Shown here piece after piece: positions 19,403 through 29,600 of a stretch of 64,000 bases of DNA. Position 1 is the first letter of the stretch; each line of letters opens with the position of its first letter. The position numbers and the translations under genes are program-made. Source of the DNA: an uncultured Alphaproteobacteria bacterium (GTDB lineage Bacteria > Pseudomonadota > Alphaproteobacteria > CAAHEQ01 > UBA3637). The notes beneath the pieces were generated by a model that saw nothing but the letters and a program-made list of their open reading frames with translations, was not told the origin of the DNA and made no database searches. Where the stretch lies: assembly GCA_944392145.1 (NCBI GenBank), contig CALXVS010000003.1:7594-71593 (forward strand). The letters run 5' to 3'.

Positions 19403-22219
19403 ATGTTATTATCAAAATTAGCCACGTATTTAGGTCTTGCTGATCAGGTCAAAACGGATGTTGAAATAACCGGTCTTTCAAACGATTCGCGCCGGATAAA
19501 AGAGGGATATTTGTTTATTGCCGTTACCGGAGAAAAAAATGACGGAAAGGCTTTTATTGCCCAAGCCATTGCTGCGGGTGCCGTTGCGGTTTTAAGTGAT
19601 TCGGATACAGATGTGTCTGTCCCGGTATTAAAAGTGGCAGATGTGCGGTTAACAGCAGCACGGTTAGCGGCTTTTTTCTATTCATCGGATCAAATGATGA
19701 AAGTGGCCGTTACGGGAACAAACGGAAAAACATCTACCGTTTTTTATGTGCAACAAATCATGAATGCCGCTGGTATTTTATCAGCCAGTTTGGGAACGGT
19801 CGGTGTGGCCTCTCCCGTTTTTCGGCAAGACGGCAGTATGACGACACCGGACAGCATTCAGTTAAATCAAACTTTGCAGACTTTAAGTGAAAAAGGGGTT
19901 CGGGTAACGGCATTGGAAGCATCATCTCACGGATTGGATCAAGGCCGGTTGGAAGGATTGTGTTTTCAGGCGGCCGCTTTTACGAATTTGACACTGGATC
20001 ACTTGGATTATCACAAAACCATGGAACAGTATTTTGAGGCCAAGAAAAAACTGTTTTCAACTTATTTGAAAAAAGACGGAACCGCGGTTTTGAATGCGGA
20101 TATTCCCGAATATGCGGCATTAAAAGAAATTTGTGACAAACAAGGTATCCGCATTTTGTCTTACGGGATAAAGGGGGCTGATTTAACAATTATATCACAG
20201 AAACTTGTTCCGACGGGACAAGATGTCGTTTTACGATTGTTGGGAACAACATATGCGATTCATTTGAATATTTTGGGGGATTTTCAACTGATGAATTTTT
20301 TGGCAGCCGTCGGATTATGTCTGGGGGCGGGCTTAACGATTGATCGGATTATGGAAATTGCTCCGACACTTCAAGCACCGACGGGACGCATGGAAGCGGT
20401 TTGCCGACTTGAAAACGGGGCCCAAATTTTTGTTGATTATGCGCACACACCGGATGCATTGTCCCGTGTTTTAACTTCTTTAAAAGCACATGTTGCCGGC
20501 CGATTGATTTGTTTGTTCGGATGTGGCGGAAACAGAGATACATCAAAGCGACCTCAAATGGGACAAATTGCCGAACAAACGGCAGATGTTGTCTATATTA
20601 CCGATGATAATCCCCGATTTGAAGATCCGGCGGCTATTCGTGCCCAAATTGCGGCAGCCTGCCCGAAAGGAATTGTAATAGATAACCGATCTCGTGCTGT
20701 TTTTGAAGCGGTCAGTTCTTTAAAAGAAAACGATGTGTTGGTTTTGGCAGGAAAAGGGCATGAATCCGGTCAAACGATTCAAGGAGTTTCTTTCGCTTAT
20801 AACGATGCGGTGGAAGCTAAACTGGCTGCTTTAAGTCAGGACAAGCTGCCCTTGTGGTCTGCTGGGGAGCTGTCTTTAGCCTTATCGGTGCCTGTCGCAT
20901 CGGAAATCGCCGTGTTCGGTATTTCACGCGATACCCGAACACTGTGTATCGGTGATTTGTTTGTTGCGTTAAAAGGGGAGCAAACAGACGGACATCGTTT
21001 TGTTTATGAGGCAGTTCATCGCGGAGCGGCTGCGTGTTTGGTGGATCATGTGGTTGAAGCGGTTCCCTTGAATAAACAAATTGTTGTGCCTGACACGATG
21101 GCGGCATTAGATGCTTTGGCGCGCTATGCCCGTATGCGCAGTGATGCTGTTTTTATTGGGATAACGGGCAGTTCCGGCAAAACAACGACAAAAGAAATGT
21201 TAAAAGCCTGTTTATCCCGGCAAGGTTTAACACATGCGACTGAAGGAAATTATAATAATCAGTTGGGTGTTCCCCTAACGTTGGTGCAAATGCCACGAGA
21301 AACACAATTTGCCATTATTGAAATGGGGATGAACCATTTTGGTGAGTTGATGTATTTATCGGATTTAGTGCGTCCCCAAGTATCAGTCATTACGACCGTT
21401 GGGGCTGCACACCGGGCTTATTTTAAAAGCGATGCCGATATCGCAACAGCCAAATCGGAAATTTTTGAGTTTCAAGATATGGATGGAACCGCTTTGTTAA
21501 ATAAAGAAAATCCCTTTTTTGATCAAGTAGCAGCGGCGGCACATCAGCATGGCATCAAGCATGTTATTTCTTTCGGGGAAAGAGGAGATATTTTTGCCGT
21601 TTGTGAGCGAATCCGTGGCGATAAAACTTTTGTAGAAGCGTGTGTCCGCGGGCAAAATGTGACATATAACCTGAATTATTTGGGACATCACTTTGTGTTG
21701 GATTCATTAGCCGTATTGGGGGCAGTGGAAGCGGCCGGTGCCAGTGTTCCGGCGGCCGCATCGGTTTTGGAAACGGTTTTTCCGATGTCAGGGCGGGGTG
21801 CCAAAGAAATCATTACCTTGCCTGATGGAGAAGAAGTGGTTTTGATTGATGACGCTTATAATGCGAATCCGGCCTCTATGAAAGCGTCGTTAAAAACATT
21901 GGGGCTGATGCCTTGTGCGGGTCGGCGTATTGCCGTTTTGGGGGATATGTTGGAATTGGGTGAAACGGCTCTTGACATCCATCTTGATTTAAGGCAAACT
22001 CTCCTCACGCAACAAATAGATCAGGTTTTTGTGACCGGAGAGCTGATGGGTGCGTTATTCAAAACACTTCCGACGGCACTTCAAGGAGCAGCGGTTTCAT
22101 CGGCCGGTGATTTAATCCCGATATTGAAACGCGAATTGCGTCCGAACGATGTTGTTTTGGTCAAGGCATCGCATGGTTCCGGTTTAACTGCCGTTGTTCA
22201 GGGACTTAAAGGAGTTTAA
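19403..22219 (+). CDS. murEF: fused MurE-MurF: UDP-MurNAc-L-Ala-D-Glu--meso-DAP ligase fused in frame to UDP-MurNAc-tripeptide--D-Ala-D-Ala ligase
   Basis: One continuous 938-aa ORF. Residues 1 to about 475 are MurE (GTNGKTST, DNPR, GKGHE C-terminus). Residues about 480-938 are MurF (GITGSSGKTTTKEM, DDAYNANP). A short linker ...AALSQDKLPLWSAGEL... joins them with no stop codon. Confidence 0.85.
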   Translation: MLLSKLATYLGLADQVKTDVEITGLSNDSRRIKEGYLFIAVTGEKNDGKAFIAQAIAAGAVAVLSDSDTDVSVPVLKVADVRLTAARLAAFFYSSDQMMKVAVTGTNGKTSTVFYVQQIMNAAGILSASLGTVGVASPVFRQDGSMTTPDSIQLNQTLQTLSEKGVRVTALEASSHGLDQGRLEGLCFQAAAFTNLTLDHLDYHKTMEQYFEAKKKLFSTYLKKDGTAVLNADIPEYAALKEICDKQGIRILSYGIKGADLTIISQKLVPTGQDVVLRLLGTTYAIHLNILGDFQLMNFLAAVGLCLGAGLTIDRIMEIAPTLQAPTGRMEAVCRLENGAQIFVDYAHTPDALSRVLTSLKAHVAGRLICLFGCGGNRDTSKRPQMGQIAEQTADVVYITDDNPRFEDPAAIRAQIAAACPKGIVIDNRSRAVFEAVSSLKENDVLVLAGKGHESGQTIQGVSFAYNDAVEAKLAALSQDKLPLWSAGELSLALSVPVASEIAVFGISRDTRTLCIGDLFVALKGEQTDGHRFVYEAVHRGAAACLVDHVVEAVPLNKQIVVPDTMAALDALARYARMRSDAVFIGITGSSGKTTTKEMLKACLSRQGLTHATEGNYNNQLGVPLTLVQMPRETQFAIIEMGMNHFGELMYLSDLVRPQVSVITTVGAAHRAYFKSDADIATAKSEIFEFQDMDGTALLNKENPFFDQVAAAAHQHGIKHVISFGERGDIFAVCERIRGDKTFVEACVRGQNVTYNLNYLGHHFVLDSLAVLGAVEAAGASVPAAASVLETVFPMSGRGAKEIITLPDGEEVVLIDDAYNANPASMKASLKTLGLMPCAGRRIAVLGDMLELGETALDIHLDLRQTLLTQQIDQVFVTGELMGALFKTLPTALQGAAVSSAGDLIPILKRELRPNDVVLVKASHGSGLTAVVQGLKGV

Positions 22220-22224
22220 TCAGT

Positions 22225-23307
22225 ATGTTTTATTTTTTGTCTTTTTTATCAGACGAATTTTCCTGGCTGAATATTTTTCGTTATATCACGTTCCGAACGG
22301 GAGGTGCTTTGTTGACGGCATTTGCCATCGGACTGATTGCAGGACCACGGTTTATCGCGTGGCTTAAATCAAAACAGGCCAATGGTCAACCAATCCGTTC
22401 CAATGGACCGGCAACGCATTTGGTCAAACAAGGAACACCGACAATGGGTGGGTTGTTGATTTTGATTGCCATACTGATTGCAACACTGTTGTGGGCCAAT
22501 TTGTTAAACCCGTATGTATGGGTGCTTTTATTCGTATTATTGGGATTCGGCCTGGCCGGGTTTTTGGATGATTATTTGAAATTGACGGAAAATAATTCCA
22601 AAGGTGTTTCGGGATGGCAAAAAATCGGATTGCAGGCAGCGGTCAGCATTATTGCCTGTGTATGGATGATTTCTTTGGAAAACGGATCTATGGGAACAAC
22701 CCTGACGTTACCGTTTTTTAAAAATATTTTTTTGGATTTAAGTTATTTTTACATCCCGTTTGTTCTGGTGGTTTTTATCGGGACCTCAAATGCGGTCAAT
22801 CTGACGGACGGATTAGACGGATTGGTCAGTATTCCGGTTATTATGACGACTTTTGTGTTTATGGTAATTGCCTATTTGGTCGGGCGAATTGATTATGCGA
22901 CTTATTTACATGTTTATTATGTGGCCGGTGCTGGGGAAATGGTTGTCTTCTGCGGTGCTTTGATCGGAGGTGTTTTGGGATTTTTATGGTTTAACACACA
23001 TCCGGCTCGTGTCTTTATGGGGGATACGGGCTCTTTGGCACTGGGGGGTGTTTTGGGTGCACTGGCCGTTGCAACGAAACATGAGTTATTATTATTGATT
23101 GCCGGGGGTATTTTTGTTTTAGAGGCCTTATCGGATATTATTCAGGTTGGTTCTTATAAACTGCGGGGCAAGCGTGTTTTTTTAATGGCACCGCTGCATC
23201 ATCACTTTGAAAAAAAAGGGTGGTCGGAAACAACGGTTGTCATCCGGTTTTGGATTGTATCTATTTTGATGGCGTTGGTGGCTTTAGCTACTTTAAAAAT
23301 CAGGTAA
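22225..23307 (+). CDS. mraY: phospho-N-acetylmuramoyl-pentapeptide transferase
   Basis: 360 aa, 10 TM, conserved motifs NAVNLTDGLDGL and HHHFE. Confidence 0.9.
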   Translation: MFYFLSFLSDEFSWLNIFRYITFRTGGALLTAFAIGLIAGPRFIAWLKSKQANGQPIRSNGPATHLVKQGTPTMGGLLILIAILIATLLWANLLNPYVWVLLFVLLGFGLAGFLDDYLKLTENNSKGVSGWQKIGLQAAVSIIACVWMISLENGSMGTTLTLPFFKNIFLDLSYFYIPFVLVVFIGTSNAVNLTDGLDGLVSIPVIMTTFVFMVIAYLVGRIDYATYLHVYYVAGAGEMVVFCGALIGGVLGFLWFNTHPARVFMGDTGSLALGGVLGALAVATKHELLLLIAGGIFVLEALSDIIQVGSYKLRGKRVFLMAPLHHHFEKKGWSETTVVIRFWIVSILMALVALATLKIR

Positions 23308-23312
23308 TATAA

Positions 23313-24443
23313 ATGAGCGTAACAAAAATACGAACATTTTTTGAGGTACATTATCGCTCTTTGGATAAAGGGCTGTTGCGCGGTATGTTTGTTTTGATGT
23401 TGTTTGGGGTTTTTTTGACATTTGCCGCCTCTCCCGGAGCTGCCGAACGGACAGGGACCGAATCGTTCCATTTTATAAAAAAACAACTGATTTTTTTCCC
23501 GCCGATGATTTTGGTTCTGTTTTTTATGACGTTTCTTCCGTTAAAATGGATTCGGATTGTTTGTTTTGGGCTTTTATTTGCCTCTTTGATTGCCATGGTT
23601 TATGTCTTGTTTTTCGGGGTTGAAATCAAAGGCGCGCGTCGGTGGATCAATCTGGGTGGTTTGGGAGTGCAGCCTTCTGAATTTGTCAAACCGACATTCG
23701 CCGTTATTTGTGCATGGTTTTTGGCATCCGGTCGGCTGATTCGTCGTTTTCACGGATATATCGCATCTTTTGTTTTGTGGGCATTGATCAGTGTGTTGTT
23801 GTATTGTCAGCCGGATAACGGGATGTTATTTACGGTGACGGCGATTTTTTGTGTTGAATTATTTGTAGCGGGAATTCCGATAAAATTGGTTGGTATTTTA
23901 ATAGCGGCATTAGCGGGATTGGTCTGTTTCGTGTATCGTTTTCAAAGTCATGTTCAAATGCGCATTGACAGTTTTTTCAATTCGTTATTCGGATCAGGGG
24001 CCGATACGGCTTATCAGGTGCGTAAGTCTATGGAAACATTGCATAATGCCGGATGGCTTGGCAAAGGCCCGGGAGAAGGCATTGTCAAGTATGAATTACC
24101 CGATGCGCATACGGATTTTATTATAGCCGTTGCAGCGGAAGAATTTGGTTTTTTTCTGACCATGTTGTTGGTTGGTGTTTTTTGTTTTGTTATTTTGCGC
24201 GGTTTTGTTTTAATCCGACGTGAAAATAATTATTTTTGTCAAATTGCGGTTGCTGGTTTGTTGACACAAATCGCATTTCAGGCTATTGTAAACATGGGAT
24301 CAACGTTAAATTTGTTGCCGACCAAAGGTATGACATTGCCGTTTATTTCTTATGGTGGTTCATCATTGGTCTCTGTCGGATTGGCGTTTGGCATTATTTT
24401 GAGATTGACACGGTATCACACATTAAGCAGAGGTCTTGAATGA
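23313..24443 (+). CDS. ftsW: SEDS-family peptidoglycan glycosyltransferase FtsW
   Basis: 376 aa polytopic with SEDS motifs (QPSEFVKP; AAEEFGF; LPTKGMTLPFISYGGSS). Position between mraY and murG. Confidence 0.85.
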   Translation: MSVTKIRTFFEVHYRSLDKGLLRGMFVLMLFGVFLTFAASPGAAERTGTESFHFIKKQLIFFPPMILVLFFMTFLPLKWIRIVCFGLLFASLIAMVYVLFFGVEIKGARRWINLGGLGVQPSEFVKPTFAVICAWFLASGRLIRRFHGYIASFVLWALISVLLYCQPDNGMLFTVTAIFCVELFVAGIPIKLVGILIAALAGLVCFVYRFQSHVQMRIDSFFNSLFGSGADTAYQVRKSMETLHNAGWLGKGPGEGIVKYELPDAHTDFIIAVAAEEFGFFLTMLLVGVFCFVILRGFVLIRRENNYFCQIAVAGLLTQIAFQAIVNMGSTLNLLPTKGMTLPFISYGGSSLVSVGLAFGIILRLTRYHTLSRGLE

Positions 24444-25549
24444 CACAGAAAACAAAAACAGTAAAACATCATCCGTTGGTTGTTGTAACAACCGGTGGCA
24501 GCGGCGGGCATATTTTTCCGGCTCAGGCCGTTGCGGATGCTTTGTTGAAAAAAGGATATAGGGTTGTATTCGTTACGGATAAACGGGGGCAGGCGTTCCC
24601 CGGTCTTGATTCGGTAAAGACATATCGGTTGATGGCCGATAAGGTAATGGGGCGGTCGTTTTTTCATAAAATGGCGGCAGCATTTAAGTTGTATTGTGGC
24701 GCTGTTCAAGCTTTGTTTTTATTGAAACGGTTAAAACCGATGTTGGTTGTAGGGGTTGGCGGTTATGCATCTTTGCCGACGGTTTTAGCGGCGCAGTTGT
24801 GGCGGATCCCTGTCGTGTTGCATGAACAAAATGCCGTATTGGGACGGGCAAATCGGGTTTTAGCCCCCCATGCTAAGGTTATCGCAACGTCTTTTGATCC
24901 GACTATGCGTATTCCTGCAGGCGTGCCCGCTGTTTGGGTGGGAATGCCTGTCCGACCAATGGTTCTTGCGCATCAAAAAACACCTTATGTGCCGGCAAAG
25001 GATGTGTTCCATTTGCTTATTTTCGGAGGCAGTCAAGGAGCACGTTTTTTCAGTGTTGAGTTACCGAAAGCATTTTTATTGTTACCGGAAGAAATAAAAA
25101 AACGATTAAAGGTTACACAACAGGTTCGCCCTGAAAATTTAAAGGAAGCTCAGCAGTTTTATCAAACAGCCGGTATCGGATCATATACGCTTGATTCATT
25201 TTTTACCGATATGCCCGCGTTGATGGCATCGGCACATTTGGTTATTGGTCGCGGAGGTGCGTCAACGTTAAGCGAATTGATGGTTATCGGGCGACCGGGA
25301 ATTATTGTTCCCCTGCCGACGTCGGCAGATAATCATCAGACGGAAAATGCCCGTCGGTTTTGTGATGCGGGGGCCGGTTGGTTGGTGGCCGAATCATCTT
25401 TTGAACCCGAGTCATTTGCACGGCGATTGGCCGCGTTGATGTCAGATAATGAATTATTAATGCAAGCAGCTGTCCATGCAGCCGATTTGGCCAAGCCGGC
25501 AGCAGCGGCGCACATGGCAGATTTATGCCAAGACATAATAAAGGAATAG
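24440..25549 (+). CDS. murG: UDP-GlcNAc--MurNAc-pentapeptide-undecaprenol GlcNAc transferase
   Basis: N-terminal GGSGGHIFPA and C-terminal glycosyltransferase motif (GASTLSEL...PLP....HQ..NA). Confidence 0.9.
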   Translation: MTQKTKTVKHHPLVVVTTGGSGGHIFPAQAVADALLKKGYRVVFVTDKRGQAFPGLDSVKTYRLMADKVMGRSFFHKMAAAFKLYCGAVQALFLLKRLKPMLVVGVGGYASLPTVLAAQLWRIPVVLHEQNAVLGRANRVLAPHAKVIATSFDPTMRIPAGVPAVWVGMPVRPMVLAHQKTPYVPAKDVFHLLIFGGSQGARFFSVELPKAFLLLPEEIKKRLKVTQQVRPENLKEAQQFYQTAGIGSYTLDSFFTDMPALMASAHLVIGRGGASTLSELMVIGRPGIIVPLPTSADNHQTENARRFCDAGAGWLVAESSFEPESFARRLAALMSDNELLMQAAVHAADLAKPAAAAHMADLCQDIIKE

Positions 25550-25552
25550 AAA

Positions 25553-26953
25553 ATGAAACATTGTATTCCCCTTAAAAACGTCCATTTTATCGGTATCGGC
25601 GGTATAGGGATGAGTGCCATTGCCGAGATGTTGACCGAATTGGGTATTCGGACGCAAGGTTCCGATGCCAAAGAAAGCGCGAATACAACCCGGATTCGTG
25701 AACAGGGGATCCGTGTTTTTATTGGTCATGACGCCGCCCATTTAAAAGGTGTAGACGCTGTCGTGGTTTCCAGTGCGATTAAGCCGAATAACGTTGAACT
25801 TGTTGAGGCACGTCGGTTGGGAATACCCGTTGCACATCGTTCCGAAATGTTAGCAGAAATTTTGAAGTATAAGCAAAGTATTTGTGTTTCGGGAACACAC
25901 GGGAAAACGACAACTTCTTCTTTAATTGCCAGCATTTTGATGCAAGGGCGGCTGCGTCCCAGTTTTATTATCGGCGGTATTTTAAATTCACAGGCATCAA
26001 ATGCGCGATTGGGTAAAGGAAACTATGTTGTGGTTGAATCCGATGAATCTGACGGTTCATTTTTACGGTTGCCGACGACGGTTAGTGTGGTTACAAATAT
26101 TGATCCCGAACATATGGATTTTTATAAAACGTTTGATCAGGTGAAAAATGCCTATCGTTTGTTTATTGAAAAAACCGCTTTTTACGGGTTCAGTGTATTA
26201 TGCACAGATCATCCGGTCGTGCGGGATATTGCCGCACAAATTCATGGGCGAAAACTTATTACATACGGTTTTGATAAAAAGGCGGATGTGCATCCCGATC
26301 ATGTACGCATTATGCCGGGGCATTTAATGTTTGACGTTTTTATTCGTCAGGAAACCGGTAAATTTAAAAAAATAAAAGATGTTAAGTTACCGATGTTCGG
26401 CCGACATAATATTTTAAATGCGTTGGCAGCAATTGCCGTCGGGAATCGGTTGGGTGTTCGACCAGAAGCAATTAAAAAAGCTTTGTCCCGGTTTAAGGGG
26501 ATTCAACGTCGCCTGACATTGCGTGGTGATGTTGAGGGCGTGCGTATTTTTGATGATTACGGACATCATCCGGTGGAAATATCTGCCAGTATTGCTGCCC
26601 TGCGTGAGGCAACGGATAAACGGTTGGTTGCGGTATTTCAACCTCATCGTTACAGCCGGCTTAAAGATTTATGGGACGATTTTTTAACCTGTTTCCATCA
26701 AGCGGACTATGTGCTTGTTTGCGATGTATATGGGGCGGGGGAGGAGCCTATTACGGGTATTGACCGGACGCATTTTGTTCGGGCTTTGGAACAAAAAGGT
26801 GTTCGGGCGGCCGAACTTAAGTCATTTGACCGATTACCGGATGAGATACGGACTTTGACCAAGGCCGGTGATGTTGTTTTGTGCTTGGGAGCCGGTACGA
26901 TTTCGGCACAGTCTGTTGAATTGGTGCGGCGTTTAAAAGGGAAGAAAAAATAA
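25553..26953 (+). CDS. murC: UDP-N-acetylmuramate--L-alanine ligase
   Basis: GIGGIGMSAIA Rossmann motif, GTHGKTTTSS P-loop, 466 aa. Confidence 0.9.
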   Translation: MKHCIPLKNVHFIGIGGIGMSAIAEMLTELGIRTQGSDAKESANTTRIREQGIRVFIGHDAAHLKGVDAVVVSSAIKPNNVELVEARRLGIPVAHRSEMLAEILKYKQSICVSGTHGKTTTSSLIASILMQGRLRPSFIIGGILNSQASNARLGKGNYVVVESDESDGSFLRLPTTVSVVTNIDPEHMDFYKTFDQVKNAYRLFIEKTAFYGFSVLCTDHPVVRDIAAQIHGRKLITYGFDKKADVHPDHVRIMPGHLMFDVFIRQETGKFKKIKDVKLPMFGRHNILNALAAIAVGNRLGVRPEAIKKALSRFKGIQRRLTLRGDVEGVRIFDDYGHHPVEISASIAALREATDKRLVAVFQPHRYSRLKDLWDDFLTCFHQADYVLVCDVYGAGEEPITGIDRTHFVRALEQKGVRAAELKSFDRLPDEIRTLTKAGDVVLCLGAGTISAQSVELVRRLKGKKK

Positions 26954-27886
26954 ATGGTTTGGCAGACAATCAAAAATATTTTTTCACGGAACAAGTTGGC
27001 AGATCATATGCCGCCTGTGCGAGGAAAGTTGACGGCGTTTGAGCCACTGCATAAAAAAAACTGGTTTGGTGTCGGTGGTCCGGCCGAGGTTTTTTTTGAA
27101 CCCGCTGACAGTGATGATTTATCCTTTTTTTTAAAACGGTTACCGGATTTGCCCATTACGATTTTGGGGGCGGGCAGTAACGTGTTAATTCGGGACGGCG
27201 GTATTCCGGGTGTTACAATCCATTTAACAAAAAATTTTGCACCGTTACGGGTTGAACGTAATCTGATAACGGTTGGGGCAGGTATTTTTGTCAGTGAATT
27301 AGCCCGTGTTGCTGAAAAAAACGGTCTGTCAGGATTTGAATTTTTAAGTGGTATTCCGGGATCTGTGGGGGGCGCCGTACGCATGAATGCGGGTGCTTAT
27401 GGACGCAGTATATCGGATTGTCTTGTCTCTTTAAAAATTATGACGCCTGACGGATTAATTCAAACTTTGGATACGGCGGATACGCGTATTTTTGATTACC
27501 GGTTTTGTTCGTTACCGGCGGCATGGATCGTGTTGGAAGCCGTTTTTAAAGGAACGCCGGCCGCTTCGTCCGATATTGCCAAAAAAATGGCAGAATATAA
27601 GGTTCAAAGAGATAAAGCACAACCTAAAGGTGTTAAAACAGCCGGTTCATTTTTTAAGAATCCGGCAGGATTACAGGTTTGGAAGCTGATTGATGCGGTC
27701 GGTATGCGCGGGGCGCGTGTGGGCGGAGCCAGTGTTTCCTTAAAACATGCTAATTTTCTGATCAATGATAAAGGAGCATCGGCAGCGGATATTGAGGCAT
27801 TGGGCAATGAGATTGCTCGCCGGGTTCTGGATAAGACAGGTGTGCGATTGGAATGGGAAGTTAAACGATTGGGAGTTAAACAATGA
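26954..27886 (+). CDS. murB: UDP-N-acetylenolpyruvoylglucosamine reductase
   Basis: FAD-binding domain (GAGSNVL), 310 aa, position in the dcw cluster. Confidence 0.85.
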   Translation: MVWQTIKNIFSRNKLADHMPPVRGKLTAFEPLHKKNWFGVGGPAEVFFEPADSDDLSFFLKRLPDLPITILGAGSNVLIRDGGIPGVTIHLTKNFAPLRVERNLITVGAGIFVSELARVAEKNGLSGFEFLSGIPGSVGGAVRMNAGAYGRSISDCLVSLKIMTPDGLIQTLDTADTRIFDYRFCSLPAAWIVLEAVFKGTPAASSDIAKKMAEYKVQRDKAQPKGVKTAGSFFKNPAGLQVWKLIDAVGMRGARVGGASVSLKHANFLINDKGASAADIEALGNEIARRVLDKTGVRLEWEVKRLGVKQ

Positions 27887-28803
27887 AAACGGTTGTTGTC
27901 TTAAAGGGAGGAATGTCCGACGAACGCACGATTTCACTGCAAACAGGAGAGGGTGTGGCACGTGCATTAATACAAGCGGGATATCGGGTTTTTTCATATG
28001 ATGTAACACCGGATATACCGGCCCTTGTTCGGTTTTTAAATGAAACAAAACCCGATGCTGTTTTTAATGCTTTACATGGTCGCTATGGTGAGGACGGTTG
28101 TATTCAAGGGATGTTGGAAATGATGCGGTTGCCTTATACGCATTCAGGGGTTTTAGCCTCTGCTTTGGCTATGGATAAAGAACGTGCCAAACAAATGGTT
28201 TCCACGTTGGGGATTGCGGTTCCCAAAACAAAACGTGTCACACGGCAAGATATTTGCGACGGGTTTGAATTTTCTTTTCCCTATGTTGTTAAACCGAATG
28301 ATTCGGGTTCATCCGTCGGTGTTTTTTTAGTTTTTAACGAAGCGGATCGGGCACGTATGTTGGATGTATTATCCGATAATGTCCTGTATTTGATGGAAGA
28401 TTATATTCCCGGGCGCGAGTTGTCGGTTGCCGTGACGGATGCGGGGGCGCTTGGGATTGTAGAAATTATTCCTAAAGACGGTTTTTATGATTTTTCACAT
28501 AAATATACTGCCGGAACGGCTCTTCACGTGGTGCCGGCGCCGATTCCCGAGCAGGATAGTCAAACGCTTATGACGGCAGCTTATCAGATTCATCGGTTGT
28601 TTGGGTGCAAGGATGTATCCCGTTCGGATTTCAGGTATGATGACATAACGGATCCCGAACATCCCCGCTTTGTTTTTTTGGAGTTAAATACAAATCCCGG
28701 CATGACAGAACTTTCTTTGGTGCCGGATGTTGCTAAATTTAGGGGAATATCGTATACTGACCTTGTTTGTCAATTGATAGAGAATGCCCGATGCGAAAAA
28801 TAA
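27883..28803 (+). CDS. ddl: D-alanine--D-alanine ligase
   Basis: ATP-grasp; motifs HGRYGEDG and ELNTNPGMT; 306 aa. Confidence 0.9.
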   Translation: MKTVVVLKGGMSDERTISLQTGEGVARALIQAGYRVFSYDVTPDIPALVRFLNETKPDAVFNALHGRYGEDGCIQGMLEMMRLPYTHSGVLASALAMDKERAKQMVSTLGIAVPKTKRVTRQDICDGFEFSFPYVVKPNDSGSSVGVFLVFNEADRARMLDVLSDNVLYLMEDYIPGRELSVAVTDAGALGIVEIIPKDGFYDFSHKYTAGTALHVVPAPIPEQDSQTLMTAAYQIHRLFGCKDVSRSDFRYDDITDPEHPRFVFLELNTNPGMTELSLVPDVAKFRGISYTDLVCQLIENARCEK

Positions 28804-29600
28804 AAAAACGTCCCGTTAAAAAGGCCAGTGCGATTAAGCGTTGGTTTGCGGTTCTGCTTGTTTTAAGTGCGGGCAGTGCAGTGGTTTGGATGACGCCGGC
28901 CGCTAGAGAGGCAATTTTGTCTTTAAAAGCCGACATGGAACATGTTACGGCATTAAATGAATTTAAATTGGCTCAGGTCACGGTTGACGGCCATGCACGC
29001 ACGCCGTTAGCGGCCGTGAACGAACGGTTGAATTTATCGCAGGGAATGAATATTTTTGATGTGGATTTATCCCTGATTCGGGAAGAACTGCTTTCATTGC
29101 CGTGGATTGCCGAGGCGATTGTTGAGCGCCGCTTGCCGGATACAATTTATATTCGGGTGCGTGAAAAAACACCGATTGCCTTGTGGCAAAATAAGCGGCG
29201 GTATCAACCGTTGGATGAAACCGGTCATCCAATTGCTGATGAAACGATGGTTTTTAATCAATTGATGCTTGTTGTCGGTGTGGATGCTCCCAGCCAAACA
29301 CCTGGTTTGATACAAGCCCTTGAAAAATATCCGGTTATTTACGATAAAGTTCGCTCGGCCGTCAGGGTTGGCAACCGTCGTTGGAATTTAATTTTAAACG
29401 ACCCCGAGGACGGTCTGGTTGTTTATTTGCCGGATACAGATATTGAAGCGGCGTTGGAACGGCTTGAACGATTAAATGAAGAAGAAAACCTGTTAGAAAA
29501 AGATTTAAAAATTATTGACTTAAGGTTGAAAGACCGACTGATTATCCGAACCAACGCACAAGAATTGGCCAACCGTGCCCGGCAAAAAGGGGAAAAATGA
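28791..29600 (+). CDS. ftsQ: cell division protein FtsQ
   Basis: MRKIKKRPVKK..., single TM, POTRA-like region, about 270 aa. Start moved to ATG 28791, which overlaps the ddl end by 13 nt. Confidence 0.7.
   Translation: MRKIKKRPVKKASAIKRWFAVLLVLSAGSAVVWMTPAAREAILSLKADMEHVTALNEFKLAQVTVDGHARTPLAAVNERLNLSQGMNIFDVDLSLIREELLSLPWIAEAIVERRLPDTIYIRVREKTPIALWQNKRRYQPLDETGHPIADETMVFNQLMLVVGVDAPSQTPGLIQALEKYPVIYDKVRSAVRVGNRRWNLILNDPEDGLVVYLPDTDIEAALERLERLNEEENLLEKDLKIIDLRLKDRLIIRTNAQELANRARQKGEK

Noticed and set aside
19403-22219. MurE-MurF fusion being a simple assembly frameshift
   Set aside because: This cannot be excluded from sequence alone, but both halves are full-length and in one frame, with a sensible linker and no remnant internal start/stop overlap. 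It is kept as a finding with an explicit resequencing check.
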